This document shows positions 24,306-32,000 of a stretch of 32,000 nt of DNA, one piece after another; positions within the stretch are counted from its first letter, which is position 1, and the number at the start of each line of letters is the position of its first letter. The notes beneath the pieces are model-generated. The model was given only the letters and a program-made list of their open reading frames with translations, had not been told where the DNA came from and ran no database searches. Where the stretch lies: NCBI RefSeq assembly GCF_008000775.2, contig NZ_CP042905.2, positions 4,170,001 to 4,202,000 of the forward strand, given 5' to 3'. The position numbers and the translations under genes are program-made. The DNA is from Promethearchaeum syntrophicum (lineage in GTDB: Archaea > Asgardarchaeota > Lokiarchaeia > Sigyniarchaeales > Promethearchaeaceae).

Positions 24306-25829
24306 TTAGAGATGATATCTTTCTTTCAGCATCTTAGATATACAAATAATTCCTATAATGGTGAAAACGAAATATATTCCAAGATTATAGCCACTGATTT
24401 TTTTTGTAGAATCTGTACCAGAAGGAATAAGATCTTGGGGATCGCTTCCATAAACAACAACCCACCAATCGCGATTTCCATCGACATCCCCATCATCTTG
24501 TGGTTTTGGGCAACTCGCTCGACTTAAATTACCAGATGAGAGAATTAATATCTCATCATCGATAATAATGTATTTACAATGTTGAAAATAAAAATCTGTA
24601 TCAGCCCACTTCCCGACTGCGGTTAAATTGACGTTAGGATTTGCTACTGATGGAATTCCTAATTGAGTAAAATTATAGAGCGCCCCTCGATTATACGAAC
24701 GTTCATATGGACCAACTTGATATTTTTCAAGAAGCAATTTTACATCTATACCATGCGCAATTCGATCGGCAATGATATCTAAAAGATATGGTTGAGAAAG
24801 GGTATATACAGAAATAATTATGGTTGATTGAGCGATTGAAAGCAAATTGGCTACGACATCAAAACAATTATCAGGAGAGGCCATAACTGTTAAAGCCATT
24901 TCTCCAGAAATTGTTTCTGGATTACTAAAATCATTGCTTTTTTTAGGGAATTGTTTTGAATCTTCAGTTTTCGTTAACATTTGAGAAAATGAAGGATCTT
25001 TATCTTCGATTGAACCAAAAGAATTATCAGGATCATAATCTAAGCACACATCCCAGTCATGATCAAAGAGTTCTTCATAATACGCTGCTACTTCCGCATT
25101 TTCAATAATTAAACCTGCTTCTCGATTGTCTCTTAGGGACGTTGGGCTCCAATTTATGGAAGAAATTAAGACAATTTCGGAATCTACTATTATACCTTTA
25201 TTGTGCATAGTGTCAAAATAGACAGGGACTAAACTATTGGAGACTTTTACTTCAATCAGCTCTTCAGTAAGCATGTTTGCGGTTGCATCTGATTCATCAT
25301 TTGAATCGTCAAGGATTACCTGGCAATCTACACCACGATGTTCGGCATCAATTATTGCGTTGATAATATCGGTTAAGGCAGAATAAAAATACATTTGTTC
25401 TATCTTAAGAGTGGTGGTTGCTCGATTAATCAATTTGATGATTTCTGCTTCGGAATTGTCTGGAGATAAAATCGGAGTAATATCCATGGTTCCATAGATT
25501 TCTTTTTTTAAAAAAGGTTCATAACCACTACCAGCGCGATCATAGCTCTGAGTTCGGCGAGTTTCATCATCAACGGGAATATAAACTTCTCCAAGATCCC
25601 AATCATTTTGAAATAATTGTCGAAAATAATCAATAACATCTTGACTAGCATTTGTTTCTGATGATTCTGATTTAATCGGGGTTTTTTGAGCCTTAAGTAT
25701 CTCTGATGTTAGCACATTATTTACTGAAGGAGAAATTCTTAAAAATTTTGAATTAATTGGGAATGTTTGTAAAAGTAATAAAGCAAAAAGAAGCAAGATT
25801 ATTTTTTTTCGGGGTATTTTTTTTACCAT
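24306..25829 (-). CDS. Phospholipase D superfamily protein with two HKD motifs, an N-terminal signal peptide and a C-terminal TM anchor.
   Basis: HKD-1 is HNKGIIVDSEIVLISSINW and HKD-2 is HCKYIIIDDEILILSSGNL; both fit HxKxxxxDxxxxxxSSxN. The N-terminus is MVKKIPRKKIILLLFALLLLQTF. The C-terminus is an S/T-rich stretch, then ISGYNLGIYFVFTIIGIICI, then the basic tail SKMLKERYHL. Confidence 0.85.
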   Translation of the reverse strand: MVKKIPRKKIILLLFALLLLQTFPINSKFLRISPSVNNVLTSEILKAQKTPIKSESSETNASQDVIDYFRQLFQNDWDLGEVYIPVDDETRRTQSYDRAGSGYEPFLKKEIYGTMDITPILSPDNSEAEIIKLINRATTTLKIEQMYFYSALTDIINAIIDAEHRGVDCQVILDDSNDESDATANMLTEELIEVKVSNSLVPVYFDTMHNKGIIVDSEIVLISSINWSPTSLRDNREAGLIIENAEVAAYYEELFDHDWDVCLDYDPDNSFGSIEDKDPSFSQMLTKTEDSKQFPKKSNDFSNPETISGEMALTVMASPDNCFDVVANLLSIAQSTIIISVYTLSQPYLLDIIADRIAHGIDVKLLLEKYQVGPYERSYNRGALYNFTQLGIPSVANPNVNLTAVGKWADTDFYFQHCKYIIIDDEILILSSGNLSRASCPKPQDDGDVDGNRDWWVVVYGSDPQDLIPSGTDSTKKISGYNLGIYFVFTIIGIICISKMLKERYHL

Positions 25830-26021
25830 ATTAAACCATCTTTAAAAATTTAGATTATATCGTTGAAATCGCATAAAGAATTTATAAATATAGGCACTGT
25901 TTGTTGTTAGCTAAAGAATATTTTGTCGTTTAAGGAAAGTGTTTTTTTTTGACATAAAATTTTTATTTCCGTTCACAGATATTTTGGTCACTAATATTCA
26001 TTTTATATTAGGTGATATATT

Positions 26022-26729
26022 ATGATTACAGGTAAAGAATTTGAATTTGAGATTATTGATCGCCCTACATTTTCTTATTTGAAGATACTATTAAAACAAG
26101 GTCAGAGAATAAAAACGGAAAGAGGGGCTATGATGTTTTTTGAGCCTACAATTACTATCGAAACGAAAAAAGCGGAAAAAAGTATTTTTAAATCGTTAAA
26201 ACGCACATTAGCGGGAGAAACGATGTTACTAAATTTCTTCACAGCCGTTAACAATGGATGGTTAAGTTTGGCACCTCCTTTCGCAGGAGATCTTATGCAT
26301 TTACCAATGGAAACAGGATCTTCGTGGATTGTATTTTCTGGAGGGTATGTTGCGAGTTCAGAGGGTTTAGCCCAATCAACCGGATTTACAGGAATAAAAA
26401 AAAGCTTCTTTAGTGGCGAACGAGCATTTGCACTAACAATTAGTGCAGAAGAAGGTCCCGGAGATCTTTTTATAGGAGCAAATGGTGCTTTTATTGAATG
26501 GCACCTTGAACCAGGGCAGATCCTTAACTGCGATAACGGCCATCTTGTTGCTATGGAAAGTTCAGTTACTTTTGACATCAAACGAGTGGGAGGGTGGAAA
26601 GCGACTATGTTATCTGGAGAAGGTGTCGTATGCCAATTAACGGGTCCAGGAAGAGTGATTATCCAAAGCAGAAATCCGAGAGAATACGCAATGTGGTTAT
26701 ATAAATTCATGCCACACCCAAGTAATTAA
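26022..26729 (+). CDS. AIM24 / TIGR00266 (DUF124) family protein.
   Basis: Family-typical pattern: ...GQRIKTERGAMMFFEP..., GETMLLNFFTA, GDLMHLP, WIVFSGGYVASSEGL, and GEGVVCQLTGPGRVIIQSRN near the C-terminus. Confidence 0.75.
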   Translation: MITGKEFEFEIIDRPTFSYLKILLKQGQRIKTERGAMMFFEPTITIETKKAEKSIFKSLKRTLAGETMLLNFFTAVNNGWLSLAPPFAGDLMHLPMETGSSWIVFSGGYVASSEGLAQSTGFTGIKKSFFSGERAFALTISAEEGPGDLFIGANGAFIEWHLEPGQILNCDNGHLVAMESSVTFDIKRVGGWKATMLSGEGVVCQLTGPGRVIIQSRNPREYAMWLYKFMPHPSN

Positions 26730-26808
26730 ACGAGATGAACTATTCTCCAATTTTTTTTTCTTTTTTATTATAAAAAATAACCTTTATCTTTATCTACACT
26801 TAAAACAA

Positions 26809-27624
26809 ATGAACGTATTGATAAAAATGGAAGAGAAAAATGAAGTTACTATTAATCATGAAAATTCATTTTCGATTATTGTAACCAATTTGAAGAAATA
26901 TTACTTCGGTAAACACGAATTTGAGAGTGTTAAAGCGGTTGATGCAATATCATTTCAAGTAAAAAAGGGGGAATTTTTCGGACTTTTGGGACCTAATGGA
27001 GCAGGAAAAACAACTACTATCAGTGTTTTAACTGGTATTTCTTCTCCAACCGAAGGTACAGCATCTGTTGGGGGGTATGACATAAAATCTGAGCTCAAAA
27101 AGATTAAAGAATTGATTGGTGTCTGTCCACAGGAACCTGCTTTATATAAATTTCTGAACGGTCTTGAGAATATTGAATTTTTCGGGAAATTGCACCAAAT
27201 GCCGAAAGAAGAAATACAGAATCGCGCAGAAGAACTCTTAAAATTACTGGGATTATTTGAAGCCCGGAAACGAATTGTAAAAGGATATAGTGGAGGAATG
27301 TTACGGCAACTAAGCTTAATCGTTGCATTGATAAATGAACCTGAGATCCTTTTCTTAGACGAACCAACTGTGGGAATGGATCCTCGAGCACGTCGGAAAG
27401 TATGGGAATTTCTCGGTACTGTCAAACAACAAAAAAGAACCATCATTTTGACTACCCATTATATTGAAGAAGCCGAAGTTCTTTGCGATAGAGTGGCGAT
27501 CATGGATTATGGAAAAATATTAGCCATAGGTCCGCCAAAACAACTTATTGAAGAGTATGGAGTCAAAAATTTAGAAGAGGTTTTTATGAAAATTACTGGT
27601 AGACATATTTTGGAGGGGATATAA
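26809..27624 (+). CDS. ABC transporter ATP-binding protein (ABC-2/DrrA-like exporter type).
   Basis: Walker A GLLGPNGAGKTT, Q-loop CPQEPALY, signature YSGGMLRQL, Walker B ILFLDEPTVGMD and H-loop TTHYIEE. Confidence 0.92.
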   Translation: MNVLIKMEEKNEVTINHENSFSIIVTNLKKYYFGKHEFESVKAVDAISFQVKKGEFFGLLGPNGAGKTTTISVLTGISSPTEGTASVGGYDIKSELKKIKELIGVCPQEPALYKFLNGLENIEFFGKLHQMPKEEIQNRAEELLKLLGLFEARKRIVKGYSGGMLRQLSLIVALINEPEILFLDEPTVGMDPRARRKVWEFLGTVKQQKRTIILTTHYIEEAEVLCDRVAIMDYGKILAIGPPKQLIEEYGVKNLEEVFMKITGRHILEGI

Positions 27625-27626
27625 TC

Positions 27627-28382
27627 ATGAACACAAAGAGAATTATGGCTATTGTTAAGATGGAGATGAAAAGAATGATTAGGGATCCACTTGTTTTTGT
27701 GATTACTCTATTTTTAGTTCCAGTATTAATATTACTTTTCGGTCTACTTATGGGGGATAGTTATGGATGGCATCCATATTACACGGTTTTCGAAATTATG
27801 CTCCCAGGATTTCTCACCTATGCTTGTTTATTAACTATTTACGATGTTGCAGCATCAGTGGCTAGTGAACGGGAGTTAGGATTACAAAAAAGAATCAATA
27901 CAACTCCCTTAACCTCCGCAGAATATATATTTAGCCAAATGATATCTTACACAATTAAACCACTTATTCAATTATTGTTGGGATTAGGTACAGCATATAT
28001 TGTTGGATTTCGACCATTAAACACGTTTGTCGGATTATTATTGATAATATTATTTCTAGTAGTTCTCACTTTTTGTTGTGTAGGATTTGGACTGATAACG
28101 GCGAACTTTGCAAAAAGTGGTTCGGCTGCAGGCGGATTAGCTTTTATTTTTATCGTACCCCAACAGATATTTGCCACATTTATCCCCCCTTGGATTTATG
28201 GATTAGAGAATTTAGGTTGGATTTTTCCAAGCTTTTATGCTACTGATAGTATAGGACTGATTTTTGCTGGAATCCCATTGAGTGATGCAAGATTATGGAT
28301 CCGATTAGGAATACTTCTCGCTATTACTGTTGTAATATATGCGATTGGAATTGTGTTATATGAAAAAAAAAAAAAATCATGA
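27627..28382 (+). CDS. ABC-2 type transporter permease (6 TM).
   Basis: Six hydrophobic helices in 251 aa. The gene starts 2 nt after the ATPase stop, with ggagggg upstream. Confidence 0.85.
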   Translation: MNTKRIMAIVKMEMKRMIRDPLVFVITLFLVPVLILLFGLLMGDSYGWHPYYTVFEIMLPGFLTYACLLTIYDVAASVASERELGLQKRINTTPLTSAEYIFSQMISYTIKPLIQLLLGLGTAYIVGFRPLNTFVGLLLIILFLVVLTFCCVGFGLITANFAKSGSAAGGLAFIFIVPQQIFATFIPPWIYGLENLGWIFPSFYATDSIGLIFAGIPLSDARLWIRLGILLAITVVIYAIGIVLYEKKKKS

Positions 28383-28469
28383 ATTGAAATTTTTTTTTAT
28401 TTATTTTTTTAGCGAAAATTGACTATTAATTATAAAAAAATAATACTTCGAATTAGGAATGATCGATGA

Positions 28470-29462
28470 ATGAAAGCGGTTATATGGACAAAATATGGAT
28501 CACCGGAGGTTCTTCAGCTTAAAGAGACAGTAAAACCTAAACCAAAGAAAAATGAAGTTCTTATCAAAATATATGCAACAACAGCTTATGCTGGTGATTG
28601 TGAGATGCGGAGTCTGAAATTTTCTTTCTGGTTACGTCTTCTCATGCGATTATTTATTGGTGTAAGAAAACCAAAACGAGTAACTGTGCTAGGCCAGGAG
28701 TTAGCAGGAGAAGTTGAGACAGTAGGTAAAGATGTAAAAAGGTTTAAAAAAGGTGATAAGATATTTGGAGCAACAGGTTTTGGGTTTGGTGCCTACGCCG
28801 AGTATATTTGCATGCCGGAAAAAAGTTTAGAAGAGGTGGTAGCAATAAAACCGGCCAATATGACCTATAAGGAAGCCGCCACGGTTCCTGTTGGGGGATT
28901 AAATGCGCTTTATTTTCTTAGAAAAGGAAACATCCAGAGAGGACAAAAGATTTTAATTAATGGTGCCGCTGGAAGCATAGGTACTATAGCGATACAACTT
29001 GCCAAGTACTTTGGGGCTGAAGTGACTGCCGTAGATAGCACGAAGAAATTGGATATGCTACGTTCCATTGGTGCAGATCATGTCATTGATTACACTCAAG
29101 AGAACTTCTCCAAAATGAGTGGGAAATATGATGTGATTTTTGATGTAGTGAGTAAAGGTTCGTTTTCGAGTGGTATAAAATCACTAAATAAAAAAGGAAT
29201 CTATTTATTAGCTAATTCTTCAATATCGAGAAGTATTCGAGGTCTATTGATCTCAATAACAAGCAGTAAAAAAGTAATAGGTGGCACAGTGACATATAAA
29301 ACTGAAGATTTAATTTTCCTCAAAGAGCTAATTGAGGCGGGAAATATAAAATCTGTTATTGATAGACTTTATCCATTAGCTCAGATTACTAAGGCACACC
29401 GGTATGTTGATAACGGACAGAAAATCGGAAATGTTGTAATAACTGTAGCTCATGATCACTGA
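28470..29462 (+). CDS. Medium-chain dehydrogenase/reductase (MDR) family NAD(P)H-dependent oxidoreductase (quinone oxidoreductase / zeta-crystallin-like).
   Basis: A GroES-like N-terminal domain (EVLIKIYATT...GQELAGEVETVGKDVKRFKKGDKIFG) and a Rossmann motif (ILINGAAGSIGTIAIQLAKYFGAEVTAV), ending in GNVVITV. Confidence 0.85.
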   Translation: MKAVIWTKYGSPEVLQLKETVKPKPKKNEVLIKIYATTAYAGDCEMRSLKFSFWLRLLMRLFIGVRKPKRVTVLGQELAGEVETVGKDVKRFKKGDKIFGATGFGFGAYAEYICMPEKSLEEVVAIKPANMTYKEAATVPVGGLNALYFLRKGNIQRGQKILINGAAGSIGTIAIQLAKYFGAEVTAVDSTKKLDMLRSIGADHVIDYTQENFSKMSGKYDVIFDVVSKGSFSSGIKSLNKKGIYLLANSSISRSIRGLLISITSSKKVIGGTVTYKTEDLIFLKELIEAGNIKSVIDRLYPLAQITKAHRYVDNGQKIGNVVITVAHDH

Positions 29463-29770
29463 ACTGAATAGTTTCAAATAACACAAATTTTGAACAACGA
29501 TAATACTTTTTTCTTAAGTTTTTCCAAAATAATTTGGTAGCGAGTGAAAACCAGTGATCATTTAGATGAAAAAAACCTACTTACCCATGAATTTGAAATA
29601 AGAATAGGGAGAAAACCATCCCAAACTCTTTAAATATAATTGGGTCGGTTAAGAGGTTAGGGTAAAATTTCAATGAATAAACTAAAAATCGAAAAAATTA
29701 ATAAAACCGCTGAAAGGATTGAATTTAATAAAGAATTATCTGAAAAATTAAAGAAATTTCGAAAGTTCAA

Positions 29771-30226
29771 TTAAACTTTCTTTTTTAGTAGGATTTTGAA
29801 AATTTGTATTATTAACTCTTTATCTTTTTCCTTAATTATTTTTAATGGTTCTTCAAATATATGAGAGATATAATCGAAGAATGAAGAAAATGCTTTCCTT
29901 CCATTCCGTGTTAATTTTATAATAGTTTTCCTTTTATCTTTCTTAGATATCCTTCTTATTAACAGCTGTTTTTTTACTAAATATCCGACTCTTCTTGTCG
30001 CTGTGCTATTAGGTAATCCCGTAGCATGAATAATATCTTTCATTGAACATTCTTCTTTGTATCCTACTACGTGAATTATTAAGATATCCTTTCCGATAGT
30101 TAACCGGGTTTCTTTTTTTTCTTTGTTCAAATATATTATTTGAAAACTATCTATTTCATTGATAGTTTGGGAAATTATCTCCGAAAAGAGTTTAAGAATT
30201 TCTACATTATGTTCTGAGGTTTCCAA
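29771..30226 (-). CDS. MarR-family winged-helix transcriptional regulator.
   Basis: CSMKDIIHATGLPNSTATRRVGYLVKKQLLIRRISKKDKRKTIIKLTRNGRKAF fits the MarR HTH-plus-wing pattern. Length is 151 aa. Confidence 0.8.
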   Translation of the reverse strand: METSEHNVEILKLFSEIISQTINEIDSFQIIYLNKEKKETRLTIGKDILIIHVVGYKEECSMKDIIHATGLPNSTATRRVGYLVKKQLLIRRISKKDKRKTIIKLTRNGRKAFSSFFDYISHIFEEPLKIIKEKDKELIIQIFKILLKKKV

Positions 30227-30389
30227 TTTAAAATCATTTCTCGTTAATTCTCTAATAAATAATCTTTCATGTCAAGAAAACTACTAGATTTTAAATAATA
30301 TTTCCATTTCGGAACCTTTAAATATTTCTAAAACAAGAAGAATATAGATATTTCCATAATGGAAATAATTTTTTTTTAAGGTGATTATA

Positions 30390-30827
30390 ATGGATAAAAT
30401 CAAAATAAAAATGATATTTATAAAGATAGCTTATATTGTGGGCATAATTTTAGATGGACTTTTAGGAATTGATATGTTTTTATATACTTTTTTAGGAAAA
30501 TCTATATATTTACATAATCAAAATATTCCAATTTCAAGTAATGAAACTCAACCTGTAATGATGTTTGGAACAGCATTAATGATAGGATGGACTATATTAT
30601 TAGGATGGGGTTTACATAAACCTATAGAAAGAAAAGGAACACTAATTATTACGGCGTTTCCTGTTGTATTCCTCTACCTAATATATGATATATTTCAATA
30701 TATTAATGATATATCGATAACTGATCCAAGTTCAAAAATTGTAGTAATGATCATAAGATGCGGTCTTATTATTCTAATGATGGTAGCATATATTTTTGCT
30801 AATCAAGTGAAAGAAAGAAAAAAATGA
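30390..30827 (+). CDS. Hypothetical integral membrane protein (about 4 TM), divergent from the MarR gene.
   Basis: Four hydrophobic helices. The ATG at 30390 is preferred over the track's GTG at 30381. I recognise no family. Confidence 0.55.
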   Translation: MDKIKIKMIFIKIAYIVGIILDGLLGIDMFLYTFLGKSIYLHNQNIPISSNETQPVMMFGTALMIGWTILLGWGLHKPIERKGTLIITAFPVVFLYLIYDIFQYINDISITDPSSKIVVMIIRCGLIILMMVAYIFANQVKERKK

Positions 30828-30880
30828 AACTAGGATTTCACTTTTTTTTTTTAGATGAATTCTGAAACCCCATTCATTTA

Positions 30881-32000
30881 TTATTCAAAATTATTATAAA
30901 AGATTGGATTTTGTGCTTGCAATAAAGTATAGGGAACTCCGGGACGCTTTTTGACCAATTTTTTAATCAAGAGTGTTTTTAACGCGGGAATTCTTTCAAT
31001 TGTTCTCCCGATTTTATAAAAATTTGTATTTAACAAAGTGGTTGCTATTACAATAATCGAATTTATATTAGGGGTTGAAATTGAGATATATTTTCCAATA
31101 GATGAGAGTGGCACCAACCCTGTTGGAATATCTTCCGTCAAATATCTGACTCTTAAGCTTACTGGAGCTTTAATATTTTTATAACTCTCTATTTGATGAA
31201 AAACTTCATAATAATCAGTAGCTTTACAACCATACACTCTATTTGCCCATTTTATAAGAGAGATTGGCTTTACACCAATATATCTTAAAATTTTACACCT
31301 TTCTTGATCAACTTTTTCAACTAAATTAGCGATTTTTTTAGATATACCCTCTTCATAGAAATGGAAATCAGATTTCCGGGTTATTGAACCTGCATTCAGA
31401 ACCGTTATAACTGGATGGATTACAGCACCAATATTATTTAGACTTGTCTCTCTAATATCATCGACTAGATTAAACTCAGGGAAGATAGAATTAATTATTG
31501 GGAACAGTATTTTATTATCCTCTTCGGGATAAAAACAGAAATCAACTGAGTTTTTAATTTTTAATATCGAAACTCCGAAATCATGAATTTTTCTACAAGT
31601 AAACAATAAAGTTTGCGTTTCTCCTACATGAATTTGCAATTTAGGACGATTATTTTTTATTGCATTATATACTTCAACGGCACCCCAAGTTCTTCCAGGA
31701 TTTAGAATAATTATTTGATTATTCTTCAGATATGGAAGAATTTCTTTAGTAATGCTAAGATGTGCAGAAGCAGGGACGACATATAGGATAATATCGGCAT
31801 TCTCTATCGCTTTTTTATAGTTATTTGTTATCATTTTGAGTTTATGAGATCCGGATATATAACCAAAGGATAAGATTGTTTTGCTGCTTTTAATATTTTC
31901 AACATATTTTGAAGATCTATAGAGAAGGGTTACATCATGACCTAATCGACTTAAATAAACGGCGAAAGCTCTTCCACCATTTCCCGCACCAATAATTGTT
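30881..32000 (-). CDS. NAD/NADP octopine/nopaline (opine) dehydrogenase-family oxidoreductase. Its 5' end runs off the window.
   Basis: The track starts at an internal Met (31834). My hand translation of the same frame upstream is open to position 31999 and reads TIIGAGNGGRAFAVYLSRLGHDVTLLYRSS..., a Rossmann GxGxxG motif that belongs at the true N-terminus. The downstream part (ADIILYVVPASAH...ILNPGRTWGA...YLTEDIPTGLVPL) fits the opine dehydrogenase family. Confidence 0.7.
   Translation of the reverse strand, partial: TIIGAGNGGRAFAVYLSRLGHDVTLLYRSSKYVENIKSSKTILSFGYISGSHKLKMITNNYKKAIENADIILYVVPASAHLSITKEILPYLKNNQIIILNPGRTWGAVEVYNAIKNNRPKLQIHVGETQTLLFTCRKIHDFGVSILKIKNSVDFCFYPEEDNKILFPIINSIFPEFNLVDDIRETSLNNIGAVIHPVITVLNAGSITRKSDFHFYEEGISKKIANLVEKVDQERCKILRYIGVKPISLIKWANRVYGCKATDYYEVFHQIESYKNIKAPVSLRVRYLTEDIPTGLVPLSSIGKYISISTPNINSIIVIATTLLNTNFYKIGRTIERIPALKTLLIKKLVKKRPGVPYTLLQAQNPIFYNNFE

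Noticed and set aside
19932-26021. The accessory block considered as an integrated mobile element or genomic island.
   Set aside because: I could not identify an integrase, transposase, flanking tRNA, or direct or inverted terminal repeats. Only the long spacers and the accessory gene content point that way. It is kept as a hypothesis under the spacer finding and is not called as a mobile element.
26102-26710. A 202-aa minus-strand ORF overlapping the AIM24-family gene.
   Set aside because: It is antisense to a CDS with clear family motifs. Its product is Pro/Ser/Ala-rich with no features. The same reasoning applies to the other antisense or alternate-frame (same-strand out-of-frame) ORFs inside confident genes: 2408..2617, 4296..4484, 4583..4903, 6390..6578, 7711..7938, 8658..8906, 9306..9509, 13390..13581, 13792..13974, 14306..14575, 16074..16271, 16240..16494, 16800..16982, 23040..23273, 24312..24527, 26955..27446, 27104..27391 and 27968..28177.
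29673-29774. A 33-aa + strand ORF (MNKLKIEKINKTAERIEFNKELSEKLKKFRKFN) preceded by an SD-like aagaggttagggt.
   Set aside because: It is very short and Lys/Glu-rich, as expected from random AT-rich sequence. It overlaps the MarR gene's 3' end, and nothing else supports it. It is not reported as a gene.
1-32000. A search for CRISPR arrays, rRNA and tRNA genes in all intergenic regions.
   Set aside because: I saw no regularly spaced direct repeats and no GC-rich structured segments resembling tRNA or rRNA in any gap. All the longer gaps are uniformly AT-rich. A tRNAscan/Infernal run would be needed to exclude small RNAs formally.

Overview
This is an AT-rich archaeal chromosomal segment (GC judged by eye at about 30%, not computed). 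It contains the RNA polymerase H and unsplit B subunits, TFE, Cbf5, an Sm protein and a Rio2 kinase. Together with a Roadblock/LC7-Ras-like GTPase fusion and a ubiquitin-like protein ending in GG, these suggest an Asgard (Lokiarchaeia-like) genome; that assignment is inference only.

The window has three parts. (1) 1-3018 is a same-strand tandem array of at least five paralogous ~200-aa three-TM membrane proteins. Two subtypes alternate (A-B-A-B-A), and the array is cut by the window edge. It is transcribed divergently from the Roadblock-GTPase gene. (2) 3.0-19.9 kb is mostly housekeeping: cbf5, methyltransferases, an MFS transporter, rpoH-rpoB, an isochorismatase-family gene, a TrmJ-like SPOUT gene, an AhpD-like gene, tfe, a Ub-like gene, a cyclophilin, rio2, Sm and a VOC-family gene. 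(3) 19.9-32 kb looks accessory. It holds unusually long noncoding AT-rich spacers, an ArsR regulator, an RHH fusion protein, a membrane-anchored Ntn (choloylglycine-type) hydrolase, a methyltransferase, a secreted two-HKD phospholipase D, an AIM24-family protein, an ABC-2 exporter, an MDR oxidoreductase, a MarR regulator and a 5'-partial opine-dehydrogenase-family gene.

I recognised no rRNA, tRNA, CRISPR array, transposase or integrase. The most interesting unexplained structure is the alternating paralog array. The orphan Ub-like GG protein and the rpoH-rpoB unit that lacks rpoA come next.
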